From the NCBI GenBank assembly GCA_050239825.1, contig JBFXGO010000018.1:1-45685 (forward strand): a DNA stretch of 45,685 nt. The letters run 5' to 3'. The DNA comes from a bacterium. GTDB taxonomy: Bacteria; Hydrothermota; 32-111. The position numbers and the translations under genes were made by a program. The notes beneath the pieces were generated by a model that was given only the letters and a program-made list of their open reading frames with translations, was not told the DNA's origin and made no database searches. Each line of letters opens with the position of its first letter. Position 1 is the stretch's first letter. Below are positions 30,022 through 39,122 of the stretch, piece after piece.

Positions 30022-30741
30022 ATGAAAGAGAAGCCCAGATACAAAAGGGTACTTCTGAAGCTTTCCGGTGAAATCCTTGGCAACAGGGAAGATGGTCCGT
30101 TTAGTGAAAATTCATTGAAACCCATCATTAATGAGATAACAGAAGTTTACAATCTCGGTGTTGACATAGGCATAGTCATCGGAGGCGGAAATATCGTCAG
30201 AGGAACACTCCTTGAGAAGAAACTCAAGCTTGAAAGAGTCTCCGCAGATTATTCCGGAATGCTTGCGACTGTAATTAACGGTATGGTCCTGCAGGGTATG
30301 ATTGAAAAAAACAAGATTGAAACAAGAATGATGACAGCCATTGATATAAGACAGCTCGCGGAGCCTTACATCAGACGCAAAGCACTCTCTCATCTAAATA
30401 AAAGAAGGATTGTGATTTTCACCGCAGGAACAGGAAACCCATTCTTTACAACAGATACTGCCGCAGTTCTTCGAGCCACGGAGATAGGAGCCGAAGTGCT
30501 TCTCAAAGGCACAAAAGTCGATGGTGTCTTCAATCTTGATCCTGTGAAGAACAAAAATGCCAAGATGTATGATGAGATAAAGTACTCCAATGTGCTTTAT
30601 GATGAACTGAATGTCATGGATATGACAGCTATATCTCTAAGCAAAGAAAACAAACTGCCGATAATCGTATTCAATATAATGAAGAGAGGAAATTTTACCA
30701 AAGTCGTCAAAGGACAAAAAATAGGAACAATAGTTTCATAA
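30022..30741 (+). CDS. pyrH: UMP kinase
   Basis: LLKLSGE, GGGNI, GNPFFTTDTAA. Confidence 0.97.
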   Translation: MKEKPRYKRVLLKLSGEILGNREDGPFSENSLKPIINEITEVYNLGVDIGIVIGGGNIVRGTLLEKKLKLERVSADYSGMLATVINGMVLQGMIEKNKIETRMMTAIDIRQLAEPYIRRKALSHLNKRRIVIFTAGTGNPFFTTDTAAVLRATEIGAEVLLKGTKVDGVFNLDPVKNKNAKMYDEIKYSNVLYDELNVMDMTAISLSKENKLPIIVFNIMKRGNFTKVVKGQKIGTIVS

Positions 30742-30750
30742 GGGGGAAAT

Positions 30751-31308
30751 ATGCCAGAAAAATTGATAAAAGAGACTGAAGCGGGAATGAATAAAGCGGT
30801 AGAAGCATTCAAAAGCGAACTTTCGAAGATACGCACAGGGAAAGCTTCTCCTACACTTCTTGACGGGATTTCAGTAGATTACTATTCTGTCAAAACACCT
30901 CTCAATCAGGTTTCAACCATTTCTACTCCTGAGCCGAGGCTGATAGTGATTCAACCTTGGGACAAGAGTGTAATCAATGAAATAGAAAAAGAAATTTTGA
31001 AGGCGAATATCGGACTTACACCGTCAAGCGACGGCAATGTAATACGCTTGTCAGTTCCGCCTCTTACAGAGGAAAGGCGTCATGAAATAGTGAAGACCCT
31101 TAAAAAACTTGCAGAGGACAGCAGAGTCTCTGTGAGACAGATACGGCGTGAAGCCATAGACAAGCTGAAGGCAATGAAAAAAGAAGGAAAGCTTCCCGAG
31201 GATGACGAAGAGCGACTTGAAAAAGAGATGCAGAAAGCCACGGACAGGGAAATCGCAGATATCGATTCTCTGCTTGCAAAGAAAGAAAAGGAAATATTAG
31301 AACTGTGA
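30751..31308 (+). CDS. frr: Ribosome recycling factor
   Basis: IRTGKA, IQPWD, PPLTEERR. Confidence 0.97.
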   Translation: MPEKLIKETEAGMNKAVEAFKSELSKIRTGKASPTLLDGISVDYYSVKTPLNQVSTISTPEPRLIVIQPWDKSVINEIEKEILKANIGLTPSSDGNVIRLSVPPLTEERRHEIVKTLKKLAEDSRVSVRQIRREAIDKLKAMKKEGKLPEDDEERLEKEMQKATDREIADIDSLLAKKEKEILEL

Positions 31309-32048
31309 ACGAAGTCAAGGACTCTGTCAAGCACCCGTCAAAGGAGTCCAGCTCAAAACTCCCGATACACATTGCAATTGTCATGGACGGCAATGGGCGA
31401 TGGGCAAAGAAACATGGTAAAAACAGGATCTTCGGCCACAAAAAAGGCGTTGAATCTGTCAGGAAAATTGTCAAGCGGGCTTCAGACCTTGGAATAAAAT
31501 ACATCACTCTTTTTTCTTTCTCCACTGAAAACTGGTCGAGGCCGACTCGCGAAGTGAATGCACTTATGAATCTCTTTACTCGGCTTTTGGATAAAGAGGT
31601 TTCCGAACTCTATAAAAATAATGTAAAAATTATGTTTACGGGCAGAAGAACGAAGCTTTCAAGGGCTCTTCTTGAGAAGATGGAGAATGCGGAGCAGGTG
31701 ACCACACACAATACCGGGCTCACTCTGATGCTTGCATTTGATTACGGGGGAAGGCAGGAGATAATAGACGCCTGCATTCAGATATGCAGAAAACTAAAAA
31801 ACCAGCAGTTGGAATTTTTGGATACGAATGAATTTTCCAAGCATCTCTATCTTCCGAATGTTCCTGACCCTGACCTTATGATAAGAACCAGCGGAGAGTA
31901 CAGATTCTCGAATTTTCTTTTATGGGAGGCTGCTTACTCCGAGCTTTACTTCACCGAAGTTTTATGGCCTGATTTTGATGAACACGAATTTGACAAAGCT
32001 TTGAAAAATTATTCTGAAAGGGAAAGACGATTTGGAAAAGTTAAATAA
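31305..32048 (+). CDS. uppS: Polyprenyl (undecaprenyl) diphosphate synthase
   Basis: HIAIVMDGNGRWA, FSTENW, IRTSGE, RRFG. Confidence 0.96.
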   Translation: MNEVKDSVKHPSKESSSKLPIHIAIVMDGNGRWAKKHGKNRIFGHKKGVESVRKIVKRASDLGIKYITLFSFSTENWSRPTREVNALMNLFTRLLDKEVSELYKNNVKIMFTGRRTKLSRALLEKMENAEQVTTHNTGLTLMLAFDYGGRQEIIDACIQICRKLKNQQLEFLDTNEFSKHLYLPNVPDPDLMIRTSGEYRFSNFLLWEAAYSELYFTEVLWPDFDEHEFDKALKNYSERERRFGKVK

Positions 32049-32871
32049 ATCAAATCTTTTTTTTCGTCTTCTGACATCATTCGCCTTTGTTCCGTTTTTC
32101 CTTGCAATATTCGATTATGGTTCATTTCCTTTTTTATTTCTGGTACTTGGCATCATAGGTATAATGGCATATGAATTTTTTTATCTGCTTAGAGCAAAGA
32201 ACCTTAATCCATATTTCAAAGTAGGCGTCTTTTCATCCATAATACTCGGATTCATAATGTATTACTCTTCCGCCCTCTTCACTTATTTTCTGATAACACT
32301 CGTCATTATGCTTGTAACTGTTGGAGAGTTGAGGAGAAAAAACGGCGGTGAATCTATAATCTACATGTCATCTACAACATTCGGCGTTATATACACAGGT
32401 TGGCTTGGCGGCCACATGCTTCTTGTGCGTCAATTCAGCGAATCGGTTTTCAACTGCGGAATAATGATATATCTTCCTTTTCTGATGATTTGGATGGCTG
32501 ATACCGGAGCATTTTTTTTAGGGTCATTGATAGGCAGGCATAAGATTTTGCCGCGAGTATCGCCTTCAAAATCGTATGAAGGGCTTTTGGGAGGATTGCT
32601 CTTTTCATTCCTCTCAGGTTTTATTTTCATGAAGCTGTGGGCGCCCTTTCTTTCAATAGCCGACATTCTTGTTCTGTCATTAATTTCCGTTGTTGCAGGG
32701 CTTGCAGGAGATCTTGTGGAATCAGCAATGAAGAGGGATGCAAATATAAAAGACATATCTTCATTTCTTCCCGGTCACGGAGGCGTGCTCGACAGATTTG
32801 ATTCAATCCTCTATGCTCTTCCACTTTTCTATTACTACTTTGTTTTTATTCTCAAGGGCAGGCTGATGTGA
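32032..32871 (+). CDS. cdsA: Phosphatidate cytidylyltransferase
   Basis: SPSKSYEG, GDLVESAMKR..KD..PGHGGVLDRFDS. Confidence 0.96.
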   Translation: MEKLNKSNLFFRLLTSFAFVPFFLAIFDYGSFPFLFLVLGIIGIMAYEFFYLLRAKNLNPYFKVGVFSSIILGFIMYYSSALFTYFLITLVIMLVTVGELRRKNGGESIIYMSSTTFGVIYTGWLGGHMLLVRQFSESVFNCGIMIYLPFLMIWMADTGAFFLGSLIGRHKILPRVSPSKSYEGLLGGLLFSFLSGFIFMKLWAPFLSIADILVLSLISVVAGLAGDLVESAMKRDANIKDISSFLPGHGGVLDRFDSILYALPLFYYYFVFILKGRLM

Positions 32872-33998
32872 AAAAAATTCTTCTGCTCGGAGCAACCGGT
32901 TCAATAGGGGCGTCTACTCTGAAGATAATTAAAAGGTATCCCGGAAAATTCAAGCTTGTCGGAGCAACTGCTCTCTCAAATAAAGAAAAACTTCAAAGCA
33001 TACTCTCTGAATTCAATGTCAAATACGGAGCATTGAAATCAGAAAATATTCTTATCTTCCGCGGCAAAAAGCAGAAGAAAGATGAGGATGTCAATGAATT
33101 GCTGGCCGATGATCTTGACTATGATATAGCAGTCAACGGACTGGTGGGGTCTGTCGGATTCAAACCCACTCTCAGAGCAATAGAGAGAGAAAAAATAGTA
33201 GCTCTTGCAAATAAAGAGACAATTGTAGCTTACGGAGAGATAATAAAACAGGCTTTAAAGAAAAATCCGAAAGCGGAGATACGTCCTGTGGATTCGGAGC
33301 ACTCGGCATTATGGCAGCTTCTAAAAGGTCTTGATAGAAAGAATATTGAAAAGTGCTACATCACAGCTTCGGGAGGAGTTCCATTTAAAAAGAAAACAAC
33401 AGACTTGTCTTTGGCTGATGTGTTGAATCATCCTGTCTGGTCGATGGGCAAAAAGGTTACAGTTGATTCATCCACAATGGTCAACAAAGGGCTTGAAATT
33501 ATTGAAGCGTGCAATCTCTTCAACCTCAAGGCAGAACAGATTGGAGTGATAATACATCCGCAATCAGTAATTCACGCTCTGATTCTGCTTAAAGACGGAA
33601 CCTACCTTTCAAATATGGCTATGCCCGATATGGTGCTTCCCATATCGCATGCCCTATTTTATCCCGACAGACCGAAGGACATGCTTGTCGAAAGACTCAG
33701 GGAGATGGAGGACTACCAGCTCACTTTAAATGCTATAGACATTAAAAAGTATCCGGCGATAAAACTTGCATACGATGCTCTTGCTCGGCAGTCCACATAT
33801 CCCGCTGTTTACAATGCGGCCAACGAGAGTGCGGTCTCATTGTTTTTGAAGGAAAAAATTAAGTTTAAAGATATTGTAAACATTATTGAAAAAGTAATGA
33901 AGGAGCATTTTCCTGCTCGCAAAATAAATATAAAATCAATTCAAGAGAGCGAGGAATGGGCAAAGAAGAGGGCTCTTGAAATAGGAGAAAAGCTATGA
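32868..33998 (+). CDS. dxr: 1-deoxy-D-xylulose 5-phosphate reductoisomerase
   Basis: LGATGSIG, LANKE, PVDSEHSA, HPVWSMGKK, NKGLE. Confidence 0.95.
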   Translation: MKKILLLGATGSIGASTLKIIKRYPGKFKLVGATALSNKEKLQSILSEFNVKYGALKSENILIFRGKKQKKDEDVNELLADDLDYDIAVNGLVGSVGFKPTLRAIEREKIVALANKETIVAYGEIIKQALKKNPKAEIRPVDSEHSALWQLLKGLDRKNIEKCYITASGGVPFKKKTTDLSLADVLNHPVWSMGKKVTVDSSTMVNKGLEIIEACNLFNLKAEQIGVIIHPQSVIHALILLKDGTYLSNMAMPDMVLPISHALFYPDRPKDMLVERLREMEDYQLTLNAIDIKKYPAIKLAYDALARQSTYPAVYNAANESAVSLFLKEKIKFKDIVNIIEKVMKEHFPARKINIKSIQESEEWAKKRALEIGEKL

Positions 33999-35266
33999 CT
34001 TTTGTTTATATGGTGTTGACTCTCGGGATAATGGTATTTGTTCACGAACTTGGCCATTTTATTGCAGCAAGGTCTTTCAAAATAGGAGTGCCGGTATTTT
34101 CAATAGGAATGGGGAAAAGACTTTTCGGCATAAAAAAGAATGGGACTGACTACTGTTTTTCAATCATGCCTTTTGGCGGTTATGTCAAATTAAAGGGTAT
34201 GGATGATTTTGACGGAAAGGAGAGGGATGATGACGATTTTATGGTAAAGCATCCCATCAAGAGAATTCTGGTCATCTTTGCCGGACCCTTTGCCAATTTT
34301 ATTCTTGCATTTATACTTTTGTTTTTAATGACAGTCATATTCGGCGTTTCGTATATGCCCAATTCATATGTCTATTCCGTATCCTCCCCATATGACACGA
34401 TTTTCTTTAAAGGAGATTCGGTAATTTCCATAAATGAGAGGCCTGTTGTTTACTATACAGATATTTTCAAATATCTAAGACCAAATGAAATAAACTCATT
34501 TAAAGTTTTGAGAAATAATGAAAATATCACGATTTCTTTCAAGATTGATAAACCGGATTCATTCGCTCTATATCCTGCAATTAATACGAAAGTGGGACTG
34601 ATAAGCCCAAAGAGCCCTGCTGACAAAGCGGGAATGATGAAGGGTGATATAATTATTGCAATAGATTCAGTCGAAACAAAAACATGGCAAGAGATGTCCG
34701 AGATAATCAGGACAAAGTATGATAAGACAATAGCTGTAAAACTTCAGAGAGGCGCAGACACTCTTATCTTCTCACTAATACCTGAAAAGAGAGAAGAGAC
34801 TGTTGGCGATACTCTTGTTTACACGGGCGTGATTGGAATCGGCTACTCGAGTGAGATTGTAAAACCTGCATTTACTGAAGCAGTGAAGCTGACAATTGAA
34901 AGGGTCAATTATATCTCTTCATCGCTTTTCAAATTTCTTGCCCAGCTTTTCACCGGAAAAATGTCAGTTAAAAATCTCGGCGGACCTATATCGATTTATT
35001 CCATGACAGGCGAGTCTCTAAAATGGGGATTTGATTCATTTCTTGCCTTTGTGGCATTCTTTTCTCTCAACCTGTTCATCTTCAATTTAATACCGTTTCC
35101 TCCTCTGGATGGGTCATACATCATGATTTTTCTCTTTGAAATGCTCTTCAGAAAGAAGGTGACCACGAAATTCATGAGCATTTACCAGCAGATAGGATTC
35201 TTTTTGCTGATGGCTTTGATAGTTTTGGTTTCATTCAATGATATTCTGCGTCTTGTGGTGAAATAA
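33995..35266 (+). CDS. rseP: RIP metalloprotease RseP
   Basis: HELGH, AGPFAN, two PDZ-like segments, NLIPFPPLDG. Confidence 0.95.
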   Translation: MTFVYMVLTLGIMVFVHELGHFIAARSFKIGVPVFSIGMGKRLFGIKKNGTDYCFSIMPFGGYVKLKGMDDFDGKERDDDDFMVKHPIKRILVIFAGPFANFILAFILLFLMTVIFGVSYMPNSYVYSVSSPYDTIFFKGDSVISINERPVVYYTDIFKYLRPNEINSFKVLRNNENITISFKIDKPDSFALYPAINTKVGLISPKSPADKAGMMKGDIIIAIDSVETKTWQEMSEIIRTKYDKTIAVKLQRGADTLIFSLIPEKREETVGDTLVYTGVIGIGYSSEIVKPAFTEAVKLTIERVNYISSSLFKFLAQLFTGKMSVKNLGGPISIYSMTGESLKWGFDSFLAFVAFFSLNLFIFNLIPFPPLDGSYIMIFLFEMLFRKKVTTKFMSIYQQIGFFLLMALIVLVSFNDILRLVVK

Positions 35267-35353
35267 AGAGAAACAAATCAAAATGGGGCAAAATGCAACA
35301 CTTGATTTTATTGCTCTTGCGGTAAGTTGTTTTATACTTAAGGAGAGTTGAAA

Positions 35354-37282
35354 ATGAAGATTAGAAAAATTCTCGTCATTTTTTGTTTGATTTTTATCTT
35401 CCTCGCCGCGACGGGACAGGGTCTGCATGCTGAGGCAAAATCTTCCGCCGGAAAAAAAATATGGATTTTCTTTATTGACAAAGGTGAAAACTCCAAGGCA
35501 GATGTATTTCTGTCAAAACACAAAGATTATATATCCGCGGTTTCTAAAGAGAGGCGAGAGAAAAAAAACAAGCCGATATTCACACATCTTGATATTTCAA
35601 TCAGTGAAAACTATTTAAAGGAAATTGAAAAGACCGGAGCCAAGACAGCAGTAAAATCCAAATGGCTCAATGCCGTCTCCGTGTATGCGACTGAAGAACA
35701 AATACGCGCGATAAAAAAATTATCATTTGTGTCAAAAATTACAGATGTGGCTGTCGGAAGGTCTGAAATAGACCTTGAACCTGTGGATAATTTATATCTT
35801 CAAAACAAAACTGCTTTTGCGGACTCTGTTGAAGACTTATACTATTACGGCCCAAACAGCGAAAATCAGATAAAAATGCTGGGTATAAACAAACTTCACA
35901 ACATCGGCTACACAGGAAAGGGTGTAAGGCTTGCATTGTTTGACACCGGACTTCTTATGACGAGAGAGGTTTCAAGCATTGACTCCTCGGAGGAGTTTGC
36001 TGAGACAACATGGACCACCCCGGTATGCGTTCATTCGGCTCTTGAAAGAGTCAATATAATAACTTCTTATGATTTTGTAAACGATTATCCATTCGCCGGA
36101 ATAACCGAGGGGGGAGCTTCCGATGAAGTGAGGCAGCTTGACCATGGAACCAAGATGCTTGGACTCTTAGCGGGTTACGCCAGCGGAGAACTTGTCTCGC
36201 CTGCATTCGGAGCAGAATTTCTGATAGCCAAAACAGAGATAGTAGACAGTGAAATTATTGCGGAAGAGGATAACTGGATTCGTGCTGTAGAATGGGCTGA
36301 CTCTCTCGGAGCAGATATAATTTCAAGTTCGCTTGGTTACAAGGACTGGTATCCGTATTCGGTTATGACCGGAGATTCGACAAACATAGCAAAAATCGCA
36401 AACATTGCTTCGGATTCATTCGGGATAGTAGTCGTAAATTCAATAGGAAATATAAAAAACATAGACATAGACAAACCGGACACAATGATGGTATCACCGG
36501 CAGATGCTTTTAATGTTCTTGCTGTGGGTGGCGTGAATGATAACCTTATGCATTCGACCGTATCCGCAACAGGACCGACTTACGATGTATATATAGATAC
36601 ACTCGGGGTGAATGCCGTCAGGTATAAACCGGACATATGTGCTCTTGCCGAATGGCCATATACTGTGACAGATTCGGCAGGCGGTTATAACTATACTCTC
36701 GGAACATCAGGCGCCGCCGCGCTTATATCGGCCGGATGCGCACTTATTCTTCAGGCTCATCCTGACTGGGATCCTTCATTTGTAAAAGAGGCATTATACG
36801 CCACGGCATACGCTCCTTTTGAAACAACTGAGCCGGAGACTACATTCTATGAGATTCCCAATCAAACTGTGGGATATGGAATAGCCGATTTTTACGGGGC
36901 AGTGATGTATGCCGATACTGATGAGGTTTTAAAAATTGAAAAGAGTCAGCTCCTTCCGCCTTTTCCGAATCCATACTCTCTGAGCGGGGGAGATTTGGTT
37001 ATACCTTTTGAATTAAAACGCACGATTTCCAATCTGATGCTATACATATATACGATTGACGGCAAACTTATTTATTACTCCAAGAAGACCGACTTGCTTC
37101 CCGGAGTATATGATTCCCGAGACAATGCATTCACATGGAACGGAATTTCTTCTCTTGACGGATATTCATTTTCAGGTTATACTAATCCGTCGGGAGATAA
37201 AAAAGTCAAAGCTGGAATCTACATCGTTATGCTGCAGACAGGCTTTGATAAGACGGTTAAAAAAATATCGATAATCCCCTAA
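35354..37282 (+). CDS. Secreted S8 (subtilisin-like) serine peptidase with C-terminal FlgD/T9SS-sorting-like domain
   Basis: Signal peptide, propeptide (SKWLNAVS), triad FDTG/DHGT/GTSGA, oxyanion SIGN; C-terminus PFPNP..IYTIDGKLI..WNG..AGIYIV..KKISI. Confidence 0.9.
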   Translation: MKIRKILVIFCLIFIFLAATGQGLHAEAKSSAGKKIWIFFIDKGENSKADVFLSKHKDYISAVSKERREKKNKPIFTHLDISISENYLKEIEKTGAKTAVKSKWLNAVSVYATEEQIRAIKKLSFVSKITDVAVGRSEIDLEPVDNLYLQNKTAFADSVEDLYYYGPNSENQIKMLGINKLHNIGYTGKGVRLALFDTGLLMTREVSSIDSSEEFAETTWTTPVCVHSALERVNIITSYDFVNDYPFAGITEGGASDEVRQLDHGTKMLGLLAGYASGELVSPAFGAEFLIAKTEIVDSEIIAEEDNWIRAVEWADSLGADIISSSLGYKDWYPYSVMTGDSTNIAKIANIASDSFGIVVVNSIGNIKNIDIDKPDTMMVSPADAFNVLAVGGVNDNLMHSTVSATGPTYDVYIDTLGVNAVRYKPDICALAEWPYTVTDSAGGYNYTLGTSGAAALISAGCALILQAHPDWDPSFVKEALYATAYAPFETTEPETTFYEIPNQTVGYGIADFYGAVMYADTDEVLKIEKSQLLPPFPNPYSLSGGDLVIPFELKRTISNLMLYIYTIDGKLIYYSKKTDLLPGVYDSRDNAFTWNGISSLDGYSFSGYTNPSGDKKVKAGIYIVMLQTGFDKTVKKISIIP

Positions 37283-37308
37283 TTCTATCTTCCTCAACCC
37301 CCTCCCTA

Positions 37309-37340
37309 GACGGCCCTGCAATGGGGCCGTCGCTTTTTTT
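37309..37340 (+). terminator. Intrinsic terminator after the S8 peptidase
   Basis: GACGGCCC-TGCAATG-GGGCCGTC then GC and T7. Confidence 0.8.
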
Positions 37341-37345
37341 GTGAT

Positions 37346-38640
37346 GGCTGCTGGCGGGTGTAGCGTCGGCTCACACACTCCGCTTCACCGCTTTATCAAA
37401 AGTTATCCCTAGTCCAACATCACTGGTCAATAATCAAGAAATGAGCTATAGGGCGGCGGGGGGTGAAAAATGTGAAAAACCGGAAACTGATAGATTCTTC
37501 ACACGAGAACATCGATAAGATGCCTTCAGTATGATACTTATCTTAGGGACGGTGGTTGCATTTGTTGCATTTTTTGAACATAATAAATTATGAGTAATCA
37601 AGAAATATTAGGGGGCTGATGAATAGCGTAGCGTCGGCTCACACACTTCGCTTCGCCGCTTTATCAAGATGGGTTAGCGTAGCAAGGAGAGAACCACTTG
37701 ATGGGCGTCTTCGCGGAGCGTCCTCGCCGACTTTGAGCTTTCACTTTCAAAAAGTTAATTAATTGTCTGAATCTTCTAAAACCATTGGCGAGGGTGTAAT
37801 GGACGCGAGCGTCCATGATAAAACAACGGGTTGTACCAGAAGTTTTAGAAGATTACTGTAAAGAATAAATATTAATCAACAGTATATTGAGTTATGACTG
37901 CACTGGAATTTTTCCTCGGAGTTGTAAAGGGAAGTTATTTAATCAACTCCCCGTATTAAGCTCAAGGCACAAGGCACACGGCTCAGGGCTGACTTGGTGG
38001 CTGCTGGCGGGCGTAGCGTCGGCTCGCACACTCCGCTTCGCCGCTTTATCAAGATGGGAAAGCGGAGCAAGGGGAGAACCACTTGATGGGCGTCTGCGCG
38101 GAGCGTCCTCGCCGACTTTGAGCTTTCACTTTCAATAAGAATTGACTTGCTTGTCCTCGGAAAAACATTGAATAGCAGTGCGGAGATGCACTGGAATTTT
38201 TCCTCGGAACTGTAAAGGCAAGTTATTTACTCATCTCTCCGTATTTTGCTCAAGGCACACGGCACAAGGCTCAAGGCTGATTTGGGGGCTGTTGGCGGGC
38301 ATAGCGTCGGCTCGCACACTCCGCTTCGCCGCATTATCAAGATGGGATAGCGGAGCAAGGAGAGAACCACTTGATGGGCGTCTGCGCGGAGCGTCCTCGC
38401 CGACTTTGGGCTTACACTTTCAATAAGTTAATTAATTGCCTGAATCTTCTAAAACCATTGGCGCGGGTGTAATGGACGCGAGCGTCCATGATAGAAAGAA
38501 CGGGTTGTACCAGAAGTTTTAGAAGATTACTGAAAAGACTAAATATTAATCAACTCCCCATATTAAGCTCAAGGCACACGGCACAAGGCTCTCGGCTGGT
38601 TTGGGGGGCTGCTGGCGGGCTTAGCGTCGGCTCACACACT
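37346..38640. repeat. Mosaic array of palindromic repeat modules (A hairpin x3 full plus 2 partial; B x2; C x1.5; heptamer block x3)
   Basis: A copies begin near 37360 (partial), 37628, 38013, 38301, 38621 (partial); B 37754-37880 and 38427-38554; C 38143-38225 and half copy 37899-37940; heptamers 37960-37987, 38248-38275, 38567-38594. Confidence 0.92.
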
Positions 38641-39122
38641 CTTCTCGCTCCTTGCATCAATGGTTGCCGGATATCTTTTAGACTTCAATCAGATGCTTTT
38701 TATGATGCTTTTTGCTTTTGCAGGGATAATGGGATTTCTCTGCTGTTATTTTTATTCAAAAATAGAGGTGAATGAAGGCGGAAGAGCCAAAGAAGTGGAG
38801 AGAAGAAAAATGACTTCCGGTCGTGTATGCCGCATTTGCAATTTTCTCTGTAAGCATGGCAGGAGTGAGCGTGCTCTGGGATATCTCGGTGATTTTCTTC
38901 GCAAAGGAGAGGGATTCAAAGGATTATCAGGTTGTTCACATATTCCTGACAGGCATTAGGGGTATCATTATGCCGCTCATAGGATTCTTTATAATGAGAA
39001 TGTTTGGAGTTCTGACTGTCTTCCTTTCATCTTTCTTTCTCTATCTGGCGGCCGCTTTCTCTATGCTTTTGCTTTATTTCGCTTATAGGAGGAGAGCAGC
39101 ATCAGAAACCCGGAGATTATAA
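38639..39122 (+). pseudogene. MFS-type transporter remnant (5'-truncated, internally deleted, two frames)
   Basis: Frame 1 LFSLLASMVAGYLLDF..FAFAGIMGFLCCYFYSKI (mid-protein helices); near 38812 switches to VVYAAF..YQVVHIFLTGIRGIIMPLIG..(C-terminal helices); no start or SD. Confidence 0.65.

Noticed and set aside
35290..37573. 11-bp inverted repeat AAAATGCAACA/TGTTGCATTTT flanking the S8 gene
   Set aside because: Short and AT-rich, no transposase or target duplication; chance cannot be excluded
37346..38640. Array as CRISPR or integron attC cassette array
   Set aside because: Repeats exceed 100 nt, intervening sequences recur, no cas or intI gene, no cassette ORFs and no matched RYYYAAC/GTTRRRY ends
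37887..38775. Three similar short ORFs (37887-38138, 38178-38426, 38488-38775) resembling a paralogous peptide family
   Set aside because: They are translations of the repeat modules, lack SDs, and the other repeat copies have no equivalent start; dN/dS or Ribo-seq could overturn this
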